A stretch of DNA of 64,000 bases. Origin: a virus. Shown here piece after piece: positions 39,333 through 48,297 of the stretch. Position 1 is the stretch's first letter. Every line of letters starts with the position of its first letter. Both the position numbers and the translations under genes were made by a program. The stretch spans positions 36,564-100,563 of IMG/VR virus record IMGVR_UViG_3300008267_000009. The stretch is one strand, 5' to 3'. The notes beneath the pieces were generated by a model. That model was not told where the DNA came from. It searched no databases and saw only the letters and a list, made by a program, of their open reading frames with translations.

Positions 39333-40819
39333 TGATAATAATGGGAATAAATGAATCTTCTCACGATGCATCAGTATCTTTAATTCAAGACGGTGAGATA
39401 CTTTTTGCTGGGCATGCAGAAAGATATAGTAAAGAAAAAAATGATTGGTACATTAATGAATCTTTAATTAAAGATGCATTACAATATGGGTTTCCAGATC
39501 GTATAGCTTATTACGAGAAACCCCTTTTAAAGGCCTCTAGGCTGCTTTTAAGAGGCGGAAACGGAGACTGGATACCAAAGTATACGGTCAGGAATATTTT
39601 TGGCAGACCAGTCCCTCAAACGTCATTTAAACACCATTACTCTCATGCAGCAGCAGGATACTATACTAGTAAATTTAATGACTGCGTTATTGTTGTTTTA
39701 GATGCAATAGGAGAATTTAATACTTCAACAATATGGGTCGGCGAAGGAAATAAAATAAAGCAAATAAAAAAGTTTAACTACCCACTTAGCTTTGGACTTT
39801 TTTATTCTGCATTTACAAAACTTATTGATTTAAAGCCTAACGAAGAAGAATATATTATGATGGGTATGTCTGCATATGGAGACCCAGAAAGATATTTTAA
39901 TCAGGTTAATTCGTATTTCCCTTCAATAATAGAACAAAAATATAACTTTCATAAAGGTATACATGATTTTAATTGGGGTCGCATACCATGTATGGCAGGG
40001 TTAGAAGGCACTGGATATGCAAAAGAATACTTCGATCAAATGAAGTTTGATCTTGCTGCCGCTGTTCAAAAAGTATATGAGATTAGGCTCATGGAATTCA
40101 TGAGATATGCAAAAGCAAAAACTGGTAAAGAAAAGTTAGTTTTTATGGGTGGATGTGCATTAAATTGTTCTGCTAATACTAGATTGTGGGAAATATTTGA
40201 TGACATATGGATTATGCCAAACCCAGGAGACGCAGGAAGTTCTTTGGGGGCAGCTGCAGCTTTGTATGGAAAACATTTAAATTGGCAATCCCCCTACCTT
40301 GGACATAATATTGTTGGAAAGTATCCAGTTGATGAAATTGTAAATGGCATTAAGCAAAATGGAATTGTTGCCGTTGCAAACGGCAGGGCTGAGTACGGAC
40401 CCAGAGCACTTGGAAATAGAAGTATTTTTGCTGACCCAAGAGATATTTCTATAAAAGATAAAGTAAATAGCATTAAGCAGAGAGAAAAGTTTAGGCCATT
40501 TGCTCCAGTAATTTTAGAAGAGTTTGCTAGCGAATGGTTTGATATGAATTTTTCTTCTCCATACATGCAGTATGCAGTTAAATGTAAATATCCAGATAAA
40601 GTTCCAGCAGTTGTTCATGTTGACGGAACCTCAAGAGTGCAGACTGTAAATAAAGAACAGCACCCAGGCCTGCATATGGCTCTAAGAAAATTTTACTGGG
40701 AAACTGGTATACCAATGCTGCTAAATACAAGCTTAAATATTAAAGGGCAACCAATTGTAAATGATTTAAATGATGTTAAAATCTGGCAAGAGCATTACGG
40801 GGAAAAAATATATGTCTGA
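39332..40819 (+). CDS. Carbamoyltransferase (NodU/CmcH/TobZ family)
   Basis: HDAS, ERYS, HHYSHAA, DAIGE, GGCALN, GPRALGNRS, FRPFAP, HVDGTSRVQTV, LNTSLN. Confidence 0.95.
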   Translation: MIIMGINESSHDASVSLIQDGEILFAGHAERYSKEKNDWYINESLIKDALQYGFPDRIAYYEKPLLKASRLLLRGGNGDWIPKYTVRNIFGRPVPQTSFKHHYSHAAAGYYTSKFNDCVIVVLDAIGEFNTSTIWVGEGNKIKQIKKFNYPLSFGLFYSAFTKLIDLKPNEEEYIMMGMSAYGDPERYFNQVNSYFPSIIEQKYNFHKGIHDFNWGRIPCMAGLEGTGYAKEYFDQMKFDLAAAVQKVYEIRLMEFMRYAKAKTGKEKLVFMGGCALNCSANTRLWEIFDDIWIMPNPGDAGSSLGAAAALYGKHLNWQSPYLGHNIVGKYPVDEIVNGIKQNGIVAVANGRAEYGPRALGNRSIFADPRDISIKDKVNSIKQREKFRPFAPVILEEFASEWFDMNFSSPYMQYAVKCKYPDKVPAVVHVDGTSRVQTVNKEQHPGLHMALRKFYWETGIPMLLNTSLNIKGQPIVNDLNDVKIWQEHYGEKIYV

Positions 40820-41834
40820 TAGAAGAAATAATCCATGGCAAAGGTCTGGTAAGCTATATGGAACTATACAAGATGCAATATTTGGCAATGTCGATAACGA
40901 CTTTGAGATGAACGATTACAAAAAGAGACGAATATATTTAAATGATCTAGGAGAAGAAAATTTTGTAGCTTATACTCATACTGGGTTTAAGCATAATATA
41001 TTGTATAAACACAATAAATTGCACTATAGATGCGAAGATTTTGATAAAAATGTTGACATATTATTTTCTGGATGCTCAATGACATATGGGTATGGCCTTC
41101 CAGTAGAACTTACATTTCCACATATTGTATCTAATAAACTAAATTATTCTTATGCAAACATAGGCTTGTTGTCTGAATCAGTTTCATCTCAAGTCAGAAG
41201 AACATTTGCTTACTTTAAAAAATATGGACACCCTAAATATTTATATGCAGTTTACCCAGATTTTGGAAGAATGGAATTTCCAACAAATAGTAAAGGTTTT
41301 ATTACTGGAACCCAGAAAAAAATTACAAAACAAGATATTATGGAGAGAAGTAATAACTTAACTGCTTGGCTTCAAAGAAATTTTTTGCAAAATGCACATA
41401 TGCCTGGAAACTTACCTAATTTAAAACTTTCTGCCCAACCTCATATTGCAGAAGAAGTTATTACTCCAGAAATACCACATTTTTATTCTTCTCAACTAAT
41501 ATTAATGTTACAACAATATTGTGATATTGCTGGAATAAAGTTTGAATGGACTACGTGGGACCAAGATCAATACAATATAATGTCTCAGTTTGAAGATTTT
41601 CCAAATATATTTAATCTTAATATGGATAAATGGACACCAGACTATGATAATACTTTAGACAACTATACAGACAATTCAAGCTGCCATAGTCAAATGAGAG
41701 AGGATTTAGGCACAATGTTTCATTTTGGCATGGATAGAGAGTACGGCATAGACCACGCTCATTGGGGAGCTCATAGGCATGCACATGTTGCAGATATTAT
41801 ACTTTCTCGTATAAACAGAATTCTTGTTGACTAA
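40812..41834 (+). CDS. SGNH/GDSL-like protein 2
   Basis: NKLHYRC, GCSMTYG, C-terminal DHAHWG..RH; paralog of 38285 ORF. Confidence 0.65.
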   Translation: MSDRRNNPWQRSGKLYGTIQDAIFGNVDNDFEMNDYKKRRIYLNDLGEENFVAYTHTGFKHNILYKHNKLHYRCEDFDKNVDILFSGCSMTYGYGLPVELTFPHIVSNKLNYSYANIGLLSESVSSQVRRTFAYFKKYGHPKYLYAVYPDFGRMEFPTNSKGFITGTQKKITKQDIMERSNNLTAWLQRNFLQNAHMPGNLPNLKLSAQPHIAEEVITPEIPHFYSSQLILMLQQYCDIAGIKFEWTTWDQDQYNIMSQFEDFPNIFNLNMDKWTPDYDNTLDNYTDNSSCHSQMREDLGTMFHFGMDREYGIDHAHWGAHRHAHVADIILSRINRILVD

Positions 41835-41861
41835 AAATATTCATAAAGATATAATGTGATT

Positions 41862-42170
41862 ATGGATGACTTTATGGATTACGACTCAAGGCTAAGCCAC
41901 TACATTGAAATTGGGGCTATATCAATTGAGGGGGTAGATCCAAATGGAGAACTAATACTTTCTGTTACTGATAAGGCTAAAGAGTTAGCTCCAGATTTAT
42001 GGCAGGCTCATATAGAATACGTAGACAAACAATTAATTAATTTGTATGAAAAGGGATTAATTGAAGTAGAATACAATGAAAATTTAGAGGCAACATTTAA
42101 ACTTTCTCCCACAGCGGTAGAAGACATAAAAGATAAAGGCATATGGTTAGTAGATGAAAAAGATGAATAA
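41862..42170 (+). CDS. Hypothetical protein (leaderless)
   Basis: TTGACT-17-TATAAT then ATG 6 nt later. Confidence 0.65.
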   Translation: MDDFMDYDSRLSHYIEIGAISIEGVDPNGELILSVTDKAKELAPDLWQAHIEYVDKQLINLYEKGLIEVEYNENLEATFKLSPTAVEDIKDKGIWLVDEKDE

Positions 42171-43257
42171 TATTGTCATCCCCCTTGCAGGAGAAGGCAA
42201 GCGCTTTGCAGATTTTGGATATGACGTGCCTAAGCCTCTTATTGTGGTTGATGGCAAAACTTTAATTGAGCATGCAATAACAACAATTGGTATACCTGGA
42301 AGATTTATTTTTATCACCAAAAAATATAAAAATGAAAAATATAACCAAGAGCTTACATCTATATTAAAATCATGTGCTCCAGATTGTGTGGAAATAAAAG
42401 TCGACGTTAAGCATCGTGGTGCTGCAGACGCAGTTATGTTTGCTAAAGAGTATATTGATAATGATAGTCCACTATATAATGCTAACTGCGACCAGATACT
42501 TGATTGGGATGCAGAAGAGTTTGTAAATACAGTAACAAATAATGGGTGCGACTCTGCTGTAGTTTTGTTTAAGTCTAGAAGCCCAAAGCATGGGTATGCA
42601 GAAATTGTAGACAATAAAGTAACTAAATTAGTAGAAAAAGATCCTATAACAGATCATGCTATGGTAGGCTTTCATTATTGGGCAAAGGGTTCAGATTTTG
42701 TAAGGTCTGCAGAAGCTTTATTAAACAACGATGGATCAGATGAGGTTTATATATCTCATACAATAAATGGATTAGTAAATGATGGATACTATGTTTATCC
42801 ATATTTTATTCCAAATAACGAGTATATTAATCTAGGCACCCCTGACGACGTGGCTTTGTATTTAGGCAAGGTTAAAGAATTTTATACAGAAAAACCAAAA
42901 ACAATATTTTGCGATATAGATGGAACAATAATTAAGCATGCACATATGTTTAGCGAGATAAGCAAACATAAATCAGAAGCGCTTGCTGGTGTTGTTGCAA
43001 AGTTTAATGAGTGGGACGCAAAAGGCCATAAAGTAATTTTAACTACCGCAAGAAAAGAATCGGCAAGGCAAGGTACTGAAAAAGCTTTAGAAGAGTTAGG
43101 TCTTTCTTGGGACCTTTTAATTATGGGGGTTACTAGCGGCACAAGAGTTTTAATTAACGATAAACTAAATAGAAGAGATCCAGATAGAGCAGTTGCAGTA
43201 AGTTTAATTACAGACGAAGGATTTATTTCAGAGGATTGGTCTAAATACGGATTATGA
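42154..43257 (+). CDS. Sugar-phosphate nucleotidyltransferase fused to HAD phosphatase
   Basis: IPLAGEGKRF...PKPLI, NCDQ, LGTP; C-terminal CDIDGT, TTAR, INDK. Confidence 0.88.
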   Translation: MKKMNNIVIPLAGEGKRFADFGYDVPKPLIVVDGKTLIEHAITTIGIPGRFIFITKKYKNEKYNQELTSILKSCAPDCVEIKVDVKHRGAADAVMFAKEYIDNDSPLYNANCDQILDWDAEEFVNTVTNNGCDSAVVLFKSRSPKHGYAEIVDNKVTKLVEKDPITDHAMVGFHYWAKGSDFVRSAEALLNNDGSDEVYISHTINGLVNDGYYVYPYFIPNNEYINLGTPDDVALYLGKVKEFYTEKPKTIFCDIDGTIIKHAHMFSEISKHKSEALAGVVAKFNEWDAKGHKVILTTARKESARQGTEKALEELGLSWDLLIMGVTSGTRVLINDKLNRRDPDRAVAVSLITDEGFISEDWSKYGL

Positions 43258-43583
43258 AGTTGTCTAAGCTAAATGAAACAATAGGCGGATGGTTTGTTGG
43301 TAATTTCCCACAGGCGGCTTTTCAAACAGATGCATGCGAAGTTTCATATAAATATCACCATAAGGGTGAACATTGGCCCGTACATTATCAAGAAAAAGTT
43401 ATAGAAATAAATCTTATGGTTCGAGGAACTATGAAAATGCATGACAAGATTTTACAGGAAGGCGACGTATTTATACTTTATCCATATGAAATAGCAGATC
43501 CAGAATTTATAACTGACTGCGAAGTTGTTTGTGTTAAAGTTCCTGGAATAACAAACGACAAGGTTGTAGTAAAAAAACAATGA
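43254..43583 (+). CDS. Cupin-fold protein (sugar isomerase/epimerase-like)
   Basis: GGWFVGNF, H.....EIN...G......GDVF.L.P, VKVP. Confidence 0.7.
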   Translation: MKLSKLNETIGGWFVGNFPQAAFQTDACEVSYKYHHKGEHWPVHYQEKVIEINLMVRGTMKMHDKILQEGDVFILYPYEIADPEFITDCEVVCVKVPGITNDKVVVKKQ

Positions 43584-44047
43584 AGCTTATAGCTCACAGA
43601 GGAAATGTTTTTGGACAAAATCCTGAAAAAGAAAATCATCCTGATTACATATTAGAGGCTTTAGAGTATGGCTGTGAAGTAGAATTAGATTTATGGGCAA
43701 AAGATAACGATTTATTTCTAGGGCATTCAAGCCCCGATTATCCAATATCTTCAGAATTTCTTGAGTCAAATTCTGAAAAATTTTGGGTTCATTGTAAAAA
43801 TATAGAGGCCCTTTGGATTTGCATGTTTAAATTAAAAAATATCCATTATTTTTGGCATCAGGAAGATGACGTATCGGTTACAAGCAAAAAAATTTTTTGG
43901 ACATATCCAGGTAAACCTTTAACTCCAAACTCTGTTTTACTTATTTTAAATGAAGAGGCTTTAAAAAAAGAACAAATTGGTGGAGATATATACGGAATAT
44001 GTACAGACTATGTAGATGAAGTAAAGGGGCGCTTAATTAATGCATAA
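43580..44047 (+). CDS. GDPD/PLC-like phosphodiesterase
   Basis: IAHRGN, EN, VELDLW, LGH, HCKN, GICTDY. Confidence 0.8.
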   Translation: MKLIAHRGNVFGQNPEKENHPDYILEALEYGCEVELDLWAKDNDLFLGHSSPDYPISSEFLESNSEKFWVHCKNIEALWICMFKLKNIHYFWHQEDDVSVTSKKIFWTYPGKPLTPNSVLLILNEEALKKEQIGGDIYGICTDYVDEVKGRLINA

Positions 44048-45185
44048 CAATGGCATGAAGGCTAGATTTGAGTTTGATTCCGTAGAAGCAGTTGATGTTC
44101 CAGAATCAGTTGGAAAAATATTTAAATTAAAAAATGTTAATTTTACTCCTAAACAGGGTGCTGAAGTTGTTGAAGTTCCAGGTAAAACATTTTTTGTTAG
44201 TGCAGGGTATTACATATGGCATTTTTTGTTTGATGAAATTGCTGCCTACATATATGTTAAAAAACATGTTAAAGATTTAAATTTAATGTGGGTATATCAG
44301 CCAGATATTAGATCTAATACCAAAGAAGATTTTTTAAATGAAATAAAAACAAGATCTTTTCATAATGAAAACACAACTGGAATAGAAGTTCATAAATACT
44401 TTGAAGATGTTATGAGAATTTTTGGCGGACAAGACTATGTTTTTTGCCCTAAAGAAAGAGAAACAAACTATCATTTTGAAGAATTATATTTAGTTTGGGA
44501 TCCTCATGATTTTTTTGTTGATAAAAAATATAAATTTTTACAGCTAGGAAACCATTGGTCTGGTGTGCCGTATGCTTGGTGGACTAGATATAATTGGCAA
44601 GAAGGCGATAGATTTACTGGCGATATATTTGAGCATCAATGGTGGAGAAGAATAGGTATATCTGAAATGAGAAGTATCTTCTTAAAAGAATTAGAATCTT
44701 ATCCTGAAATGCCTTATAAAAAAATTTTTATTTCTAGAAGAGATGCTGATGCAAGATACAGTAAGGAGTTAACAGAAGAAAAAGATAAATTATCTTTTTT
44801 TAGATACGTGGATCCAGAAATTAATAATATGATTGAAGATTATTATGTAGAGCGTGGATACCATCCAGTTAATTTTGAGGGCATGTCTTATTTAGATCAA
44901 TTAAATTATATAAGAAGCGCCACACATGTTGCTGGATTAATTGGATCTGGATTTACAAGCCTGTTTGTTGCAAAGCCAGGTTGCGTAGTAACAGAGATAC
45001 TAGTAAATAAAAAATATAACTACACGTATAAGTTTCTTGCGGATATTGTTCCATTTAGGCTACACAGAATAGATCTTAGGTTACTAGTAGGAACACCAGA
45101 AAAGTTTCAAGAAATTTTTAAATTAAAAAATGATTACATAGATTCTTTGGAGGAAAGCTATCAAAAATATAATCCAAACAATTAA
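44040..45185 (+). CDS. GT61-like glycosyltransferase 1
   Basis: WHFLFD, KIFISRRDA, EGMSYLDQ, GSG. Confidence 0.75.
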   Translation: MHNNGMKARFEFDSVEAVDVPESVGKIFKLKNVNFTPKQGAEVVEVPGKTFFVSAGYYIWHFLFDEIAAYIYVKKHVKDLNLMWVYQPDIRSNTKEDFLNEIKTRSFHNENTTGIEVHKYFEDVMRIFGGQDYVFCPKERETNYHFEELYLVWDPHDFFVDKKYKFLQLGNHWSGVPYAWWTRYNWQEGDRFTGDIFEHQWWRRIGISEMRSIFLKELESYPEMPYKKIFISRRDADARYSKELTEEKDKLSFFRYVDPEINNMIEDYYVERGYHPVNFEGMSYLDQLNYIRSATHVAGLIGSGFTSLFVAKPGCVVTEILVNKKYNYTYKFLADIVPFRLHRIDLRLLVGTPEKFQEIFKLKNDYIDSLEESYQKYNPNN

Positions 45186-45189
45186 TGTT

Positions 45190-46146
45190 ATGGACATATT
45201 TCCAGTTACCGAAACTACTTTTTGTATGAGGTTTCCTAATATGCAATACACTTCTTACGCAATGAAGCAGAGTGAGTATCCATTGATTCCAAAGTTAGAC
45301 GTTGAGCCAAATTTAAATAGAGACATACTTGTTCTTCCCTATGTTGAAAAATATTTTCATACATTTTTTGAGTATATTCCTAAAATTTTATTTTTAAAAA
45401 ATATTAATCCAGCAGTCTTAGTTATATTTGTGTGTTCTGAAAAAACACAGTATGATGAGGATACGAATCTTTTTCATTCTTGGAAAAATATTGGTAATCA
45501 TAGAGAAGATCATTTTAAAGATTTTTTAGATAGATCTCAAATTAGTTATGTTTGCACCTATAAAGACTCTGATTTTTTTAAAAATATGATTGCTCGTTCT
45601 GGATATGTATTTTATGATTCAATAAAAAAGATTCATATGAAAAGATGGATGAATGATTTTTATAAATTTCCAAGCTCGATATCTTATTTTCCAACCTGTT
45701 CTCAGACTACAGATACGCTTTTACCAATGGTAAAATATTTAAAGGGCATCAACAATGACAATATAGAATCTTTTAGGTCTATATATATATCTAGAAGAAA
45801 TTTTCCAGAAAGAACTTTAGATAATGAAAAGCAACTAGAACAATTTATGCTAGATAGTGGGTATGAAGTATATTGTTTTGAAGATATGAATATTTTTGAT
45901 CAAATAAGGTTAGCAAAAGAATCAAAAAGAATTATTATTTTGAATGGTTCGTCTGCTGCTAATTGCGTATTATCAAATCCAGGAACAGAAGTTATTGCTT
46001 TTAATAATGGCGCTGAAATTGTAGGGGTTTACGAAAATGCATGTAAAATGTATAATATAGATTATAAATTAATAGAGATGCCAAATAACGATGCATTATG
46101 GATTATTGATTATTTAAAACAAAATAATTTAAACAAGCCTTTGTAG
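45190..46146 (+). CDS. GT61-like glycosyltransferase 2
   Basis: YFHTFFEYIPK, IYISRR..R.L.NE, EDMNIFDQI, NGSSAAN. Confidence 0.78.
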   Translation: MDIFPVTETTFCMRFPNMQYTSYAMKQSEYPLIPKLDVEPNLNRDILVLPYVEKYFHTFFEYIPKILFLKNINPAVLVIFVCSEKTQYDEDTNLFHSWKNIGNHREDHFKDFLDRSQISYVCTYKDSDFFKNMIARSGYVFYDSIKKIHMKRWMNDFYKFPSSISYFPTCSQTTDTLLPMVKYLKGINNDNIESFRSIYISRRNFPERTLDNEKQLEQFMLDSGYEVYCFEDMNIFDQIRLAKESKRIIILNGSSAANCVLSNPGTEVIAFNNGAEIVGVYENACKMYNIDYKLIEMPNNDALWIIDYLKQNNLNKPL

Positions 46147-46209
46147 CTCAGAGGACAGAGCAGGACTCTTCTAAGGTCTTGGTCGCAGGTTCGACTCCTG
46201 CCAAAGGCG
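46137..46209 (+). tRNA. tRNA-Arg(TCT)
   Basis: GCCTTTG/CAAAGGC acceptor, TAGCTCAG, CTTCTAA loop, GGTTCGACTCC; no encoded CCA. Confidence 0.92.
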
Positions 46210-46213
46210 CAAT

Positions 46214-46286
46214 TGGGGATTAGCTCAGCAGGCAGAGCGGGAAGCTGTTAACTTCTAGGTCATAGGTTCGAATCCTATATCCCCAG
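46214..46286 (+). tRNA. tRNA-Asn(GTT)
   Basis: TGGGGAT/ATCCCCA acceptor, CTGTTAA loop, GGTTCGAATCC; no encoded CCA. Confidence 0.92.
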
Positions 46287-46306
46287 CAAACATTATCAAA
46301 TAAATT

Positions 46307-46621
46307 TTATTTTTTACCCCATATGTATACAGGAATATTAATTTCTTTTGCTATTTCTAATTCAAGGCGGGCACCCTTTGATTGCTCCCACCCTTCTATC
46401 ATTACTATGGCTTCTGCTTCCAGTAATTGTTTAATATCTTTACGCATGTACTCATGTCTTGGCAAATCTTTTTTACCTTCAAAAGCCTCAGCAGGATTAA
46501 ATACTATTGCACCTTCTTGCCTAAGTATTTTAGCAACTTTATTAAAAGCTGGATGGTTAAATTCTGGAATACCAGTCATAGGTCCAGATATATATATATA
46601 TTTACCATTCATTATTGTCAC
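46307..46621 (-). CDS. DUF4406 / nucleoside 2-deoxyribosyltransferase-like protein
   Basis: IYISGPMTG..FN.PAF, NPA, YMR.D, GWEQSKGARLE. Confidence 0.85.
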   Translation of the reverse strand: MTIMNGKYIYISGPMTGIPEFNHPAFNKVAKILRQEGAIVFNPAEAFEGKKDLPRHEYMRKDIKQLLEAEAIVMIEGWEQSKGARLELEIAKEINIPVYIWGKK

Positions 46622-46639
46622 TAATTATTTCCTTTTTTA

Positions 46640-47218
46640 TTAAGGCATAAAATATCCAGGATGTGGTATTAAGCAGTCCATATATGCGTATCTTGTACCA
46701 GAAGTAACCTCAAGTGTTTCATGCTCATACTCTCTATCAACTTTAAAAATCAATAAATCATTTTCTTCTGGTTTATACTTAAAATTAATTTTTGGAAAGT
46801 TAATCTCTCCGCCTTCAAAATCTCCAATATACAACCCTATTTTGTAATAAGCTATTGGATTATCGTTAATATAAAAAGAAGAATTGTTATTTATTTCAGC
46901 AAATTGTCCAGTTTTTAATCTTACAAAATTAGCATGTTGATACATCCAATACTCTGGAGCAAAATAGTTAAATATTGGATCATGAAACTGATTATCTATG
47001 ACATCAAGGCTGCACTTATCTCCCCAAAATGTACCCTCTATGTCGCCTATTTCATAGTTTCCATGTCTATGCCAATCATTTTCTTCAAAACTATTTAGTT
47101 TATCTTTATATATTGTTAATAGTTCTGGATCTAAATAATTTTTAATTAAATAAATTTCATCAAACAGCTTAACTGTTCTAGGATCAGATTTAAATCTAGG
47201 CTCAGTTACGAGCATCAT
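46640..47218 (-). CDS. 2OG-Fe(II) oxygenase-like protein lacking HxD
   Basis: DFEGGEINFP, YKP, EHE..V.SG.RY; no HxD at expected position. Confidence 0.75.
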   Translation of the reverse strand: MMLVTEPRFKSDPRTVKLFDEIYLIKNYLDPELLTIYKDKLNSFEENDWHRHGNYEIGDIEGTFWGDKCSLDVIDNQFHDPIFNYFAPEYWMYQHANFVRLKTGQFAEINNNSSFYINDNPIAYYKIGLYIGDFEGGEINFPKINFKYKPEENDLLIFKVDREYEHETLEVTSGTRYAYMDCLIPHPGYFMP

Positions 47219-47942
47219 CGGCAGTCCAAAGGTCTCCGAGTAGCCATCTTCCTATAGACTCTTCAGATCGGTCATTTACGTACTTAAAGTACTTATCACT
47301 CTTGTAATTATAAAAAGTTCCTGGGGCCATATCATATTTTGTTGCAAAACAAGAAAATGCGTATCTTACGCCCTTTGTTACAGGTTTAGTTGCATGAAAA
47401 TATGGAGCTTCTGCTCCGTGAATAACCACGTCTCCAGGTTCTGGCTTATATACTAATTCTCCAGGCATGCATTCAATATCACCATTAGGCTTTAATGTGC
47501 CATCTGCTAAAAATGCTGGATAAAAAACTTCTCCGCCTTCAAATTCAGATAGGTAGGTTACTACTCCGTAATCAATAAGACTACATGTTCCGTACGTATC
47601 TTCTTGGGTTAACTCATGAGCCTTGTCTTTTCCAGGATTGTCTGCATGTAAAAACATTCCTTCGTGACCAACTCTAGATGTAATTACTTGTGATTGAGGA
47701 TTAATTACATAATCTGGGTAGAGCAATTCTGAAACATGCTCCCATAGATCTATAATTCCAGGCACTGGTGGACTCATTTTATCGTCATACCAAGGAATTG
47801 CATTGCCCTCTTCTTTAAAAGATTCTGGATTAAATGTGTCTAATATTTTAACAAATCTATCGCACATTTCACGAGGAACATACCCTTTAAATACGTATAT
47901 ACCTTCGGTTAATTTAGTGCATCCTGGCTTATCATAGAACAT
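47202..47942 (-). CDS. 2OG-Fe(II) oxygenase (prolyl-4-hydroxylase-like)
   Basis: LHAD, YL.EFEGGE, FH..PV.KGVRY; leaderless TGA-TATAAT-6-ATG. Confidence 0.85.
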   Translation of the reverse strand: MFYDKPGCTKLTEGIYVFKGYVPREMCDRFVKILDTFNPESFKEEGNAIPWYDDKMSPPVPGIIDLWEHVSELLYPDYVINPQSQVITSRVGHEGMFLHADNPGKDKAHELTQEDTYGTCSLIDYGVVTYLSEFEGGEVFYPAFLADGTLKPNGDIECMPGELVYKPEPGDVVIHGAEAPYFHATKPVTKGVRYAFSCFATKYDMAPGTFYNYKSDKYFKYVNDRSEESIGRWLLGDLWTADDARN

Positions 47943-48009
47943 ATATGTATTATATCACAGCTAAAATTCGACCCTTCCTACATTATAAATAAAATGCTAT
48001 AATATATAA

Positions 48010-48297
48010 ATGAGTATAGAAAACCATAAATGGGTTCGCCTACCTAGCGGGGAAGTAAACGAGGCCTATCTTGACCATAACACACACAAAGGTCCTTTTT
48101 GTGTAAACTGTTTTAAATTTTTCTGTTTACAATGTGAAAAAGACTTAGGGCTAAATAGTAGTGGATCTGCATCTGATGGATCTGTAGATTATTATTTACC
48201 TAAGTGTGAAGCAAATCTTGATAATGAGGTAGAAGCGTGGTCTCCAATTGGTGGAGAACTAGCAGTTTCATTAATAGAAAGAAAAGTACATGCCTAA
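48010..48297 (+). CDS. Cys/His-rich hypothetical protein (leaderless)
   Basis: H...HKGPFCVNC...CLQC; TGC-TATAAT-6-ATG. Confidence 0.65.
   Translation: MSIENHKWVRLPSGEVNEAYLDHNTHKGPFCVNCFKFFCLQCEKDLGLNSSGSASDGSVDYYLPKCEANLDNEVEAWSPIGGELAVSLIERKVHA

Noticed and set aside
46588-46601. (AT)n microsatellite in DUF4406 (also ~45780 in GT61) as phase-variation tract
   Set aside because: Simply encodes the conserved IYIS motif with AT-rich codons; both frames are intact.
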